Origin: Deltaproteobacteria bacterium
Lineage (GTDB): Bacteria; Desulfobacterota; Syntrophia; Syntrophales; Smithellaceae
Direction: 5' to 3'
NCBI GenBank assembly: GCA_022703375.1
Contig: JAKLDS010000001.1
Span: 13,540-77,539, forward strand
DNA length: 64,000 bases
Every line of letters begins with the position of its first letter. Within the stretch, counting starts at the first letter, position 1. The position numbers and the translations under genes are program-made. Shown one piece after another: positions 38,212 through 48,364 of this stretch. The notes under the pieces were generated by a model. That model was not told the DNA's origin. It did not search any database and saw only the letters and a program-made list of their open reading frames with translations.

Positions 38212-39153
38212 ATGATTGTATTTAGAGGAATTGAAAATATAACGGAAGATTTCCGCGGTTCGTATGTTACCATTGGAAACTTTGACGGCGTGCATTTAAG
38301 CCATCAGTTTATCTGCCGCAAGCTGGCTCACGAGGCCGAAGCCGCTTCTGCCCAATCGCTGGTTATTACATTTGAACCGCATCCGAAAATGATTCTGCAC
38401 CCGGCCATAAAACCATTTTATCTGATTACAACGCTGGAGGAAAAGCTGGAATTGCTGGAAAAGTGCGGCATTAACGGCGTTTTGATAATTCCCTTTTCCG
38501 CTGATTATGCCGGAACGACTGCTGCGGAATTTTGTCATGATTTATTATGGAAAAGACTGGCGATAAAAAAGATAATTATCGGCCATGATTATACTTTCGG
38601 CAAAGGCAAGGAAGGAAACAGCGAATATCTGAAGGTTTGCGGTCGCGGACTGGGATTTGCCGTCGAGGAGATTGATGCTTTCAAAGTTGGTGAAAATATT
38701 GTCAGCAGCACGCTGATTCGCAATTTGCTGCGGCAGGGAGACATGAAAGCAGCTGCGGGATTGCTGGGCAGGTATTATAATGCCGGTGGAATCGTTGTTG
38801 CGGGTCAGGGACGCGGGGTGATATTAGGATTCCCGACAGCTAATATTGTCTCCGAAAAAGAGTTGCTGCCGTCACCCGGCATTTATGCGGCTTTTGCCGA
38901 TTTGGAGGGACGGCGTTATCAGGCGGCTCTCAATGTCGGCGCTAAGCCGACTTTTAATGATTACATCTTTACTTTTGAGGTACATCTGCTCGATTTTGTG
39001 GGAGATATCAGAGGTAAAATAATAAATGTCTGTTTTGTGGAGAAAATCAGGGATATCGTAAAATTTGACAGTACCGAAAAGCTCAAAGAGCAAATTGCCT
39101 CAGATATTAAAACAGCCAGGAATATTCTGGCGGAATCTACGATTAAAAAATGA
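38212..39153 (+). CDS. ribF: Bifunctional riboflavin kinase / FAD synthetase
   Basis: 313 aa with N-terminal GNFDGVHLSH (FMN adenylyltransferase) and C-terminal GFPTANI...EVHLLDF (riboflavin kinase). Confidence 0.9.
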   Translation: MIVFRGIENITEDFRGSYVTIGNFDGVHLSHQFICRKLAHEAEAASAQSLVITFEPHPKMILHPAIKPFYLITTLEEKLELLEKCGINGVLIIPFSADYAGTTAAEFCHDLLWKRLAIKKIIIGHDYTFGKGKEGNSEYLKVCGRGLGFAVEEIDAFKVGENIVSSTLIRNLLRQGDMKAAAGLLGRYYNAGGIVVAGQGRGVILGFPTANIVSEKELLPSPGIYAAFADLEGRRYQAALNVGAKPTFNDYIFTFEVHLLDFVGDIRGKIINVCFVEKIRDIVKFDSTEKLKEQIASDIKTARNILAESTIKK

Positions 39154-39177
39154 ACATAAAAACGGGAGGTTATTGAA

Positions 39178-40257
39178 ATGTTGAAAATTGCTATCGTCGG
39201 CGCTACCGGCATTGTCGGTCAGCAGGCCATTGTCAGCCTGCTCGGACACCCCTGGTTTAAAATAGAGAAGCTTGTAGCATCCGAGCGTTCGGCGGGAAAA
39301 AAGTATCGTGATGCGCTGAAAGACGCCAGCGGTTCTTCCAAATGGTGGTGTACGGAAGAATTGCCGCAGCATATTGCGGATATGATGGTGGAAGAAGCGT
39401 CGGTTTTCGATCCGACATCCGTGGATATTATTTTTTCGACAATGGATACGGCAGTTGCCAAGGAGCTGGAACCGAAATATGCGAAGACCACGCCGGTTAT
39501 CAGCACTGCTTCGGCTTTCCGCTATGAGGATGATACACCGATTCTCATTGGCGGAGTTAATATGGAACATGCGGCGCTTTTAGCCGTACAGCAGAAAAAC
39601 CGCGGCTGGAAAGGATTTATTTCACCCAAATCAAACTGCACGATTGCGGGACTGACAGTTTCCTTAAAGCCGATTCTTGATAATTTCGGCGTCAAACAGG
39701 TGATGATGGTTTCCCAGCAGGCGATGTCCGGCGCCGGGAGAACTCCTGGCTTGTCGGCTATGGATATGACGGAAAACGTCGTTCCTTACATCCCCGGCGA
39801 GGAGCCCAAGGCGGAAACCGAACCGCAGAAGATTCTGGGAAAATTTACCGGAAGTTCTATCTCGCACGCGTCTTTCGGTATTACCGCTACCTGCACGCGC
39901 GTGCCGGTGCTGGACGGCCATCTGGTTTGCGCTTTTGTTCAGACCGAAAAACCCTGCACGCCGGAAGATGTCAAAAAGGCAATGATGAATTTCGGCAAAG
40001 AATTTGCGGAACTGGCATTGCCCAGTTCACCGAAACATTTAATTGATGTGACCGACGGTCCCTTCCGCCCGCAGCCGCGGGTAGACAGAGATAACGGCGG
40101 TGGCATGACGGTGACCGTGGGACGCATCCGCAAGGATCCGGTTATCGAAAACGGAATAAAATACGTTTGCCTGGCGCACAACACCAAACTGGGCGCGGCC
40201 AAAGGCGCCCTGCAAACTGCTGAATATCTGGTTAAAAATTATCTGAAGATGGTTTGA
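39178..40257 (+). CDS. asd: Aspartate-semialdehyde dehydrogenase
   Basis: N-terminal [10 protein letters not shown] and active-site SNCTIAGL; 359 aa. Confidence 0.85.
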   Translation: MLKIAIVGATGIVGQQAIVSLLGHPWFKIEKLVASERSAGKKYRDALKDASGSSKWWCTEELPQHIADMMVEEASVFDPTSVDIIFSTMDTAVAKELEPKYAKTTPVISTASAFRYEDDTPILIGGVNMEHAALLAVQQKNRGWKGFISPKSNCTIAGLTVSLKPILDNFGVKQVMMVSQQAMSGAGRTPGLSAMDMTENVVPYIPGEEPKAETEPQKILGKFTGSSISHASFGITATCTRVPVLDGHLVCAFVQTEKPCTPEDVKKAMMNFGKEFAELALPSSPKHLIDVTDGPFRPQPRVDRDNGGGMTVTVGRIRKDPVIENGIKYVCLAHNTKLGAAKGALQTAEYLVKNYLKMV

Positions 40258-40323
40258 TGAAACAAAAGTCAGGCGCGTTCACAAGGACGCGCCGCTTTTT
40301 TCTCAAAATAAAGAGGGAATTAC

Positions 40324-40911
40324 ATGATAAAGGAAGACGTATCTTTGCTGGAGCAACTTTACGGATTTCGCTATCGGGGCAGAGCGGCCCTGCTCTGTCT
40401 TGTTCTTTTTCTGATATTTACCGGTTTGTTTCAGTATTTAAGCACTTCTTACCGCGCCGCCGCCGATCCCACACTTGTTGATTTGCAACTGTCCTTCAGC
40501 GCGCGGCAGTTTCACGAAATAATTATGGTCTGGAGCAAATCGGTCGGCGGCGCCATTGACAATTACAAATTGATGACTCTATCGCTTGATTATTTCTACC
40601 CGATAATTTATTCGGTTATGCTGGCATTCGCCTATTCTTCCGCCCGGGGTAATGACAAACCCAATAAATTGGATATGGCGCTGTTTGTTTTACCCTTTGT
40701 CGCGGCTTTCTTTGATTTTTTCGAAAATACTTTTCATCTGGTTTTGCTCCGGAATGTGCATAATTTAGTTCACGCTATTATTGCCGGATATTCACCGCTG
40801 GCAGTGGGATTGTCGGCGGCGGCCGCCACTTTGAAATTTCTCTTTTTCTACGCCGGCATATTGGCGGTATCAGGAGCTGTCGTCTATCGAGTGAAAAAAC
40901 GATTCTGCTGA
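40324..40911 (+). CDS. Hypothetical integral membrane protein
   Basis: 195 aa with about 5 hydrophobic segments and no recognisable family. Confidence 0.5.
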   Translation: MIKEDVSLLEQLYGFRYRGRAALLCLVLFLIFTGLFQYLSTSYRAAADPTLVDLQLSFSARQFHEIIMVWSKSVGGAIDNYKLMTLSLDYFYPIIYSVMLAFAYSSARGNDKPNKLDMALFVLPFVAAFFDFFENTFHLVLLRNVHNLVHAIIAGYSPLAVGLSAAAATLKFLFFYAGILAVSGAVVYRVKKRFC

Positions 40912-40924
40912 TTTTGTCAAATTC

Positions 40925-42646
40925 TTATCCGGTTTTTTTGCCGACTTTCAGGAGCCGTTGGAGATTTGCGTTATAGTCGCTGTCGCGGTAGGCTTTTAAC
41001 CATCTTTTCATTATCGCCCCGGCGTAAGTTTTCACAAGTAGATTTCTCCAGCCCCGCTTGACGTCTCCCCAGGCATTAACCAGCGGTACCGTGAAAATGC
41101 TGTGCAGAGGGAGCGCGCCTTGCAGGATGTTTCTCGCCCGCTGTTTTTCCTGTAAATTGCGTACGAAACGCCGGATATAAAACGCGAGAAATTGGATAGG
41201 AAAACCAATAGTCGCAATATAAACCCAGTTGAGCCAGTTGCCGTAATTAAGCTTGCGGCTGAAAAATCCGCCGAGGTATCTTTTCTTCATCAGCATCTTG
41301 GGCATGTTTTGCAGGTCAAAGGCATCGAGGCCGTCCGGCCGGGGATCGTAACAAAGGAACAAACCGTCGTATTTATCCCAGCCGACCATCGAAAGAGGCA
41401 GGAGACGGCCTTCACTCTCCAGCCTCGCCCTGAGTTCGGAACCGGGCAGCGGCACGGCATTGAGCAGCTGGATAGTGTCTATCCCCGAACTTTTGAAAAA
41501 CTTTTTAAAATATCTGGCGCGCTCTTTGATGGTAAAAGAAGGCTTTTCCCTGCCAGCGCCACGGGCGGGATAACCGAAGATGAACATCCCGTGCAGATAA
41601 AAATAGTCGGATAGTTTTTGCGAACGCGCGCTTAGCTCCTCTACAGTTACACCCTTGCGCATCGCCCGCAATTCTTCGTTAATCGGGCTTTCGTAACCGA
41701 TGGCCAGCATAGCCACTCCGGCGTAGCGCATTGCCTCAATCAGTTCGTCATCATCCGCCGCTTCCGAGCGCACCTGCACGATAATTGAAATTTTTTTCCG
41801 GAATTTCCTCTTGTAATCGCCGATTCCCCGGCACAGCGAAATTGCCTCGGCCGGATTCTGGGCAAAATTATCGTCGGTGAAAAAGAAATCCTTATATCCC
41901 ATATCCGCATATTTGATTACCTGACGCAGGGCGCTTTCCACCGATGCTGATTTATACTTGCCGTATTGCGTGTTCACGACGCAGAATTCGCAATGATAAT
42001 TGCAGCCGCGGCCTCTGTTAATGGGAATGGCGCTCCATCTTTTTTTCAGGAATTTAACGAGTGTCAAGTCGGTTTCCACCAGGGCATTGAGATTGCATAT
42101 CGGCTCACGCTTGCCGGTTGTGACATAGCCGCCGGTTTCATCAAGAAAGCTTATTCCTTTTATCCTGGCCAACCCGGCCCTGTTTAAAATAACACTATTA
42201 TCTTTAACCAGGACATCCAGCAGTTCCAGGATTGTTTCTTCCCCTTCGCCGTGCACGACAATGTCAATGCCGGATTGCAGAGCCTCCTGCGGCAGGGCAT
42301 CAACATGGCTGCCGCCGGCAATTGTTATGGCGCCAAAGCCCTGGTATTGCCTCGCTACTGTAAACAAACGGGGTATCGAGTTACTCATGCCGCCGTAAAA
42401 CAGAGCCAGTTGCGCCGGTTGCCTCGCCTGTAAAAAGGAATGATCCGGCAAGCCCAGATAATCAAGCGGCCCGTTATAATTATTTTCATCAATCGCGTAA
42501 ACCTCCCGGCATTGGGGATGATGATTAATCTGGCTCATGACAGACAAAATACCCACGGGAGGCATTTTTATCTTGGCGTAGATATTGTTCTGTGAATGCT
42601 GGGGGTATTGCGGAATGATGCCGATAATAGTCAATTTTTCTTTCAT
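40925..42646 (-). CDS. B12-binding-domain radical SAM protein with a hydrophobic C-terminal extension
   Basis: N-terminal cobalamin-binding-like domain (ITIAGGSHVDALPQEAL), radical SAM cluster motif CNYHCEFC, and a C-terminal region with a hydrophobic helix WLNWVYIATIGFPIQFLAFYI. Confidence 0.8.
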   Translation of the reverse strand: MKEKLTIIGIIPQYPQHSQNNIYAKIKMPPVGILSVMSQINHHPQCREVYAIDENNYNGPLDYLGLPDHSFLQARQPAQLALFYGGMSNSIPRLFTVARQYQGFGAITIAGGSHVDALPQEALQSGIDIVVHGEGEETILELLDVLVKDNSVILNRAGLARIKGISFLDETGGYVTTGKREPICNLNALVETDLTLVKFLKKRWSAIPINRGRGCNYHCEFCVVNTQYGKYKSASVESALRQVIKYADMGYKDFFFTDDNFAQNPAEAISLCRGIGDYKRKFRKKISIIVQVRSEAADDDELIEAMRYAGVAMLAIGYESPINEELRAMRKGVTVEELSARSQKLSDYFYLHGMFIFGYPARGAGREKPSFTIKERARYFKKFFKSSGIDTIQLLNAVPLPGSELRARLESEGRLLPLSMVGWDKYDGLFLCYDPRPDGLDAFDLQNMPKMLMKKRYLGGFFSRKLNYGNWLNWVYIATIGFPIQFLAFYIRRFVRNLQEKQRARNILQGALPLHSIFTVPLVNAWGDVKRGWRNLLVKTYAGAIMKRWLKAYRDSDYNANLQRLLKVGKKTG

Positions 42647-42952
42647 GATTAGTACCCTTTATGCGGATAATAACCCACCGCCAGCCTCCGCAAGAATGGC
42701 TGGTAGCGGCAGAAAAAGAATGATTTTCTGTGTTCGGTTAAATTTTTTCACCAATGTACGCCGCTCTTTTTTGAAAATCAAACAATTATTGAATATGGCA
42801 AAGACAAAAAGCGCCAAGCCGGATATCTTTACCTGACTGGCGTCAAGACGAATTCTTTAATCCCGGCAACATAGCTGTATCTGAAAACATTTTTTTCCGT
42901 TTGCCGCAAGATAAAATATTAAGGCATGCTCTGTAAAATTTCCCTTCAGGTC

Positions 42953-43506
42953 TCAGGCAGAGAGCTTTTTCACCCAGGCGACATAACGTGTCATCCAGTT
43001 TTGCAGGAATTTTCTGCTGACCTCGCCGATATTGCCGGCTTCGTCAAATAAACCGTCCTTTACCTGAATAAATGCTTCGGGCTGGCCAAGAGTCGGAACA
43101 TTCAGGCAGGCCAGAATATTGCGTAAATGCTGTTGCGCCATGGCGGTGCCGGTGGCGCCGGGTGATGTCCCGAGAATTCCCGCCGGTTTGCCCCCCCCCA
43201 GACATTCTGACCGTGCGGGCGCGCCCCGTGGTCCAGCGCATTCTTCAGCGCGCTGGGGATTGTCCGATTGTGCTCCGGTGTTACGAACAGTAGGCCCTGA
43301 GCTTCCTTGATTTCGCTTTTCAGTCTTTGGACGGAAGCGGCCTGATTCTCATCATCATCCTGGTTGTAAAGCGGCAGATCGCTTATCTGCGACTGACGGA
43401 ACGTGAAATCAGGCGGCGCCAGCCGGACGATGGCATCGGCCAGTTTGCGGTTGAAGGAATCCCGGCGGATACTTCCGATGATAACGGCGATTTTGTATTT
43501 GTCCAT
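42953..43506 (-). pseudogene. NAD(P)H-dependent FMN reductase, interrupted by a frameshift in a G9 (coding-strand) homopolymer
   Basis: ORF 43102-43506 (MDKYKIAVIIGSIRRDSFNRKLA...FVTPEHNRTIPSALKNALDHGARPHGQNVWGG) and ORF 42953-43141 (MAQQHLRNILA...) are the N- and C-terminal parts of one NADPH-dependent FMN reductase. The frames switch at the C9 run at 43191-43199. Confidence 0.8.
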
Positions 43507-43565
43507 GCCTACCTCCTTTATCGGTTAAAAAAGTTATGGTTTAATTTTATCAAAAGGCAATCGAA

Positions 43566-45401
43566 TTACATTTCCACCCGCATGACAATTCCCTGCAAAC
43601 GGGTGGCCGGTAACTTGCTGAATTGAACGAAATTGGGGGTTATTCGTTTAATCAAACTGAATATGCGCCAGAGCAGTTTATTTGTTACAATGTCTTCCAC
43701 GCCATAAAATATGACTTTTTCCTGAATTCCGTGTTCTCTTATCAAATTCTCAATCTCCAGGATTTCGCGGTAGCCGGCCAGGATTTCAAAAGATTCAAGA
43801 CCGGGAGCAATATCCTTTGTCGTTTTAACCTCAACGCCAAATGGCTCTTCCGTGCGGTTAATGGAAATCAGAATATTGCGTTCGTAAATAATATTGCTGC
43901 GGAAGATGCTGTGAACAATATAGGGAGAAATCATTTCGTGCCCCCGGCAGAAATACAGGGCTGTGCCGGCGATATTCCTGCCTTTGGCATAAATCTGCTC
44001 GTAACTGATGAGAAAGGTTTCCAGATCCAGCGACCTCAGAGAACGGTAAAGCTGTTTTTGGCCTTTTGTCCAGATGATAATCAATGTCAAAGGCACGGCG
44101 GCGAGGATAAGAGACCAATAGGCGCCATGGGGTATTTTGCTGAGTGTTGATACGAAAAAGATAAAAGCGATACAAGTGACGATGACAGCGATAAACTGTT
44201 TCCATTTCAGTTTTTTAATCTGGGAAAACACTAAAATCATCATCAAACCGGTAATGGTCATCGAGCCTGTTACCGCCATGCCGTACGCGGCGGCGAGGTA
44301 TTCCGATTTTTTGAATATCAATATCATTAAAATAACTGCGCAGAACAAAAACCAGTTAACAACCGGAATATGAATCTGTGATTTAATACGGCTCGATGTG
44401 TATTCGACTTTCATCAGAGGCAGCAGCCTTGTCGTGAGCCCCTGGTAAACAACAGAGAAAGTTCCGCTGATTATCGCCTGCGAAGCAATGACGGTTGCCA
44501 TAACAGTGAGCAGGAGAAAAGGAATGTAAAGATAAGGCGCCTGATGCTGGACCATGCCGAAGAGCAGATACTTTATATCCGGATGCTGAATGGCAAAAAT
44601 ACCCTGTCCCATGTAATTGAGGAGGAGGGCGGCGAAAACAAAATACCAGGCGTTCAGAATTGGTTTCTTGCCCAGGTGTCCCATATCGGCATACAGAGCC
44701 TCCCCCCCGGTGGCGCAAAGAATAACCTCGGAAAGAACAAAAAATCCCGCGAGTCCGTTTTCCGTCAGGAATTGGAAAGCATAATAGGGATTAACGGCTT
44801 TCAGTATGTGCGGCATGGTGACGACAGACGCCAATCCCGTTGCGGCAAGACAGATAAACCAGATCAGCATCACCGGGCCGAAGATTCGGGCGACTTTATC
44901 CGTTCCCCGGGATTGAAAGGCAAAAAGCCCGATGGCAATTACTACGGCAATCAGAATCAGAATTTCCAGCCCCAGGTTTTCCAGGCCGGGAACAAGCAGA
45001 ATTCCTTCCACCGCGGACATGATTGTAATAGCGGGAGTTATTACTCCATCGCCCAGCAGCAGAGATACGCCGATAAAGGCCAGAAAGCCGGCGAAAGCCA
45101 GTTTGCGGCCTGGCTTGAGCATCCTGGTCAGAATTTCCCGCAGCATTATTTCTCCGCCCTGTCCTTTATAGGAAAGGCTCATGGCGAGCCAGGCATATTC
45201 GACTGTAACCAGAATGAGCATTGTCCAGACAACAAGAGAAAGGATGCCGAGAACGCTTTGCTCCGTTCGCGGGGTAAGGGCAAAGACAACGGTCAGGGTG
45301 TAGATGGGGCTGGTGCCGATGTCGCCGAACACAATGCCCATCGAGCGAATGACACCACTCCAGAAAGAATCGGGATTGCTATTATTCACAAATATCCTCA
45401 C
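43566..45401 (-). CDS. kup: KUP family potassium uptake protein
   Basis: 611 aa with the GDIGTSPIY signature, 12-TM architecture and a cytoplasmic C-terminal domain. GTG start. Confidence 0.9.
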   Translation of the reverse strand: MRIFVNNSNPDSFWSGVIRSMGIVFGDIGTSPIYTLTVVFALTPRTEQSVLGILSLVVWTMLILVTVEYAWLAMSLSYKGQGGEIMLREILTRMLKPGRKLAFAGFLAFIGVSLLLGDGVITPAITIMSAVEGILLVPGLENLGLEILILIAVVIAIGLFAFQSRGTDKVARIFGPVMLIWFICLAATGLASVVTMPHILKAVNPYYAFQFLTENGLAGFFVLSEVILCATGGEALYADMGHLGKKPILNAWYFVFAALLLNYMGQGIFAIQHPDIKYLLFGMVQHQAPYLYIPFLLLTVMATVIASQAIISGTFSVVYQGLTTRLLPLMKVEYTSSRIKSQIHIPVVNWFLFCAVILMILIFKKSEYLAAAYGMAVTGSMTITGLMMILVFSQIKKLKWKQFIAVIVTCIAFIFFVSTLSKIPHGAYWSLILAAVPLTLIIIWTKGQKQLYRSLRSLDLETFLISYEQIYAKGRNIAGTALYFCRGHEMISPYIVHSIFRSNIIYERNILISINRTEEPFGVEVKTTKDIAPGLESFEILAGYREILEIENLIREHGIQEKVIFYGVEDIVTNKLLWRIFSLIKRITPNFVQFSKLPATRLQGIVMRVEM

Positions 45402-45672
45402 CGCAAAATTCGCGTATCAATATCACCGAAAAATGGACTAGTCAAGACCGGCAACTGTGTCTTGGGGGGTGGGGTGGCGGCAGGGCTGAGTAAAAAATTG
45501 TTTGTATTCCAACAGGTTTCATTCAACTATCCTTTATCTGTTGAAAGTTGCCATTAACACAAAAAAATAAACATGACGATAGCACTGATTTGGGAAATTT
45601 ACAGATTGTATATTCGGCAATAAGACAACTGATATAAGGTGCCGAAAAGAAATAATGTACTTCTTCCCTTCT

Positions 45673-46242
45673 TCAATTTCCCGGCTTAACTTTCCTCATG
45701 AACTCGCCCGATGTCATAATTTGGAAAAGGGGATAAAGCGGGTTCTTGCGATAAAGTTTCAAGGTCGTTTCGTGTATCTCTTTGGTGAAGGCAGCACAGC
45801 AGTCTTCAAGAATGCAAACCTGAAAATCATTCGCCAGGGCATCAAGGGCGGTGCTGAGAACGCACCAGTGAGTGCTAATTCCGCATATGACAACCATGTC
45901 CACCCCATGCAACCTGAGAATCTGATCCATGTCCGTCTTGTAGAAAGCGCTGAACCTTCGTTTGGGACTGTAAATATCAGAAGCCGTTTGAACCAGGAGA
46001 TCCGTAACCTCCGCATCGGGCGTCCCCCGTATGGATCGTTCTTTCATCTTTCCCCGGAAAATAAAATCTCCCTTCAAAAAACTGTCCATGGAGAAAATTA
46101 CCGGGATGGAAATACTTCTGGCGAATTCCGTGAGATGGTTGATGACGGGACAAATATCGCGGGCAAAAGGGGTAATAGGTAATCCCGGTTCAACCTCCAG
46201 AGAGTCCTTCAGCATATCGACAATAACAATAGCAGGCTTCAT
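45673..46242 (-). CDS. Isochorismatase-family cysteine hydrolase
   Basis: 189 aa with N-terminal AIVIVDMLKD, catalytic-Cys region VVICGISTHWCV, and the typical length. Confidence 0.8.
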   Translation of the reverse strand: MKPAIVIVDMLKDSLEVEPGLPITPFARDICPVINHLTEFARSISIPVIFSMDSFLKGDFIFRGKMKERSIRGTPDAEVTDLLVQTASDIYSPKRRFSAFYKTDMDQILRLHGVDMVVICGISTHWCVLSTALDALANDFQVCILEDCCAAFTKEIHETTLKLYRKNPLYPLFQIMTSGEFMRKVKPGN

Positions 46243-46297
46243 TTAATAATCTTTCCGACAATATTGAATATGCCTTTTGGCCAAGTTACCACCCTAA

Positions 46298-46915
46298 TTA
46301 TTTTCCACAGGTTTTAATCTCAATATTTTCCAGGTATTGAAGCATCGCATTAATATGTGTGTTCAGCAGCGTTTTTGATTTGCTCGCTGAATGAAACACT
46401 GAAGTTCCTATTATGCTGGAAAAAATCATGGCGGCAACATGTTCAGTAGAAACATCCGAGCGAATTTCCCCTTTTTCTTTTGCGCGTTCCAGTAAATCTG
46501 CTGTTAATCTTCTTGCTTGTGTAAATCCTTCAGCCAAATCTGAATAACGGGGAAAATCTTCGTTCAACTCGACGGCGAGTGTTACAAATATGCAGCCGCC
46601 CGGAAAGTGCTCAACGTCCTTCAAATAACGATTTTTGAAATTCATGATGATTTTCTTAACTTTATCAATCTCCCGGGTTTCTTTATTAATATTGTGCAGC
46701 ATCTGAAATCGCCAGACCTTCCGCGCCTCAGTCAGAATTGAATCAAAAATTTTTTCTTTGCTTTTAAAGTAATTATAGAATGCTCCTTTGGAGAGATTGG
46801 TGGCCTTCAGGATATCGTTGAGAGAAGTGTCGTGAAAACCTTTAAGAGAAACAATTTTCATGGTTTCGCTCACTATGAGCTCACGAGAATTACTGCCCCG
46901 CCGTTCAGTCTTCAT
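46298..46915 (-). CDS. TetR/AcrR family transcriptional regulator
   Basis: HTH TSLNDILKATNLSKGAFYNYFKSKEKIF. Palindromes TATCAA-N4-TTGATA and GATATT-GA-AATATC lie just upstream (46950-46990). Confidence 0.85.
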   Translation of the reverse strand: MKTERRGSNSRELIVSETMKIVSLKGFHDTSLNDILKATNLSKGAFYNYFKSKEKIFDSILTEARKVWRFQMLHNINKETREIDKVKKIIMNFKNRYLKDVEHFPGGCIFVTLAVELNEDFPRYSDLAEGFTQARRLTADLLERAKEKGEIRSDVSTEHVAAMIFSSIIGTSVFHSASKSKTLLNTHINAMLQYLENIEIKTCGK

Positions 46916-47293
46916 ATCGTATTGATTGCCTCCTTATAGATATATATCAAATAGTTGATAGAGTCAGATATTGAAATATCAGATTACTCCCTTAAGCCGC
47001 ACGGGCTTTTACTCTGTAAACTTTCTCCTACGCTGCGCAGTCTTGACTTTAAAGTTACACCAGATATGCCACAACTTAAATGACTCTCTGAAGTATACTC
47101 GCAATTTATTGAAATTCAAATTATTTTTTTGAACCAGGCTGAGGATTGTAAAGATTATCCGGAATCAGCTGTTGAATTATCTAAATTACGGGTATAAATG
47201 GCCGAGCAGTTCCGCTAATTGGCGGAACTGAAGTTCCCAAAACAAAGATATGCTGCCGTACTCTGACAGATGAAGCTATCTTTGTTCAACGAC

Positions 47294-47411
47294 AGACGCG
47301 ATCACTTGCTTTTCACCTCAACTTCAAATGAAGGTCAATGATTTACCCCCTTAGACGCGATCACTTGCTTTTCACCTCAACTTCAAATGAAGGTCAATGA
47401 TTTACCCCCTT
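47294..47411. repeat. Perfect 2 x 59-bp tandem duplication
   Basis: agacgcgatcacttgcttttcacctcaacttcaaatgaaggtcaatgatttaccccctt occurs at 47294-47352 and again, identical, at 47353-47411. Confidence 0.95.
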
Positions 47412-47512
47412 TTTTGCGGTAACAAGTTAATAAGTTGACAGCGTTCCGCTATTCGCAATTAATTTTTTTATGATGGCTGACACAGACAGCAAACAATGAT
47501 ATATTTGCATCA

Positions 47513-48181
47513 ATGGACAGCAAACTTTTTTCCCCCATCATAATATTGCTCTTGTCTTTTTGCTTGAGCGCTTGCTCGCCCGGCATCAGGCCGGCCTATG
47601 TCGTGCCGGAGAAAAATAAGGATGCGCCAGCAACAAAAGCAGCAGCATCGCCCGGTGAGAATCCGGAGACGGGTGAAAGTGAAAAGCCGGATACCCTTAA
47701 ATCGCGTTTGCTGAACATCAGTATTCGGACACGCTTCTCCAGCACTGATGTGATAGGCAAAGTGGCGGCCGAGGAATTCTGGGAACACTCTGCGGCGGCA
47801 AACTTCCGGCTGCCCTGGGAGCGGTATTCTCAGTCAGGCTGGGGAGTGGGCACAAGACTGATGGCCAGCGCCGGCGTCCTTTACGGTTCCGGGGATACCG
47901 CACTGGTTGTTTCTCTCATTCCGTTGATTGCTTTCGGCAGTAAAGATGGCCGCTTCTCGGTTGATCTGGGAGCCGGCGGGGCACTGCTGAGCCGGCAGCG
48001 CTTTGGGATACAAGACTATGGAGGATTGTTCCAGTTTGCCCTGACCGCCGGCGCCAGTGTTCCAATTTATAAAACAATCGGGCTTGGCTACCGTTTTATG
48101 CACTATTCTGATGCCGCAATCTACGGGCCTCATAATACGGGGGTGGATTTTCACATGCTGGAGCTCATCTACCGATTTTGA
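47513..48181 (+). CDS. Outer-membrane acyloxyacyl hydrolase / lipid A deacylase (PagL)-like lipoprotein
   Basis: Lipoprotein signal LSAC, beta-barrel-like alternating pattern, HYSDA (HxS) motif near the C-terminus, and a terminal aromatic YRF. The family call is tentative. Confidence 0.5.
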   Translation: MDSKLFSPIIILLLSFCLSACSPGIRPAYVVPEKNKDAPATKAAASPGENPETGESEKPDTLKSRLLNISIRTRFSSTDVIGKVAAEEFWEHSAAANFRLPWERYSQSGWGVGTRLMASAGVLYGSGDTALVVSLIPLIAFGSKDGRFSVDLGAGGALLSRQRFGIQDYGGLFQFALTAGASVPIYKTIGLGYRFMHYSDAAIYGPHNTGVDFHMLELIYRF

Positions 48182-48364
48182 AGATATGGTTATTGCCCGT
48201 TAAATAAACCTTTGCCCATTTTGACAATATCCCGCAATTTTTTGCAGTTCAATTCGTTATCTGAAAGATTATGGAAGTTAACCGTCGCCTGTGCCCCGGC
48301 AACCGCTTTTTTCTCTATTCTGGTTTATACAGTTCGTTTTACAAAATCGTTTTTAGCATTATTT

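Noticed and set aside
44544-45557. 337-aa ORF on the plus strand, the longest unexplained ORF in the track
   Set aside because: It lies entirely antisense to the well-supported kup gene. Its translation is low-complexity (G/N/Q/R-rich) with no recognisable motif or RBS. It is an antisense artefact of kup codon usage.
45402-45672. Possible c-di-AMP (ydaO/kimA-type) riboswitch in the 270-nt leader of kup
   Set aside because: On the minus strand I could not find the paired conserved cores expected for that class. Only generic hairpins are present (caagac…gtcttg, ttcggca…tgccgaa). A covariance-model scan would be needed to exclude it formally.
47294-47411. Possible CRISPR array
   Set aside because: There are only two directly abutting identical 59-bp units with no spacers, and no cas genes are nearby. 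It is a tandem duplication, not a CRISPR array.
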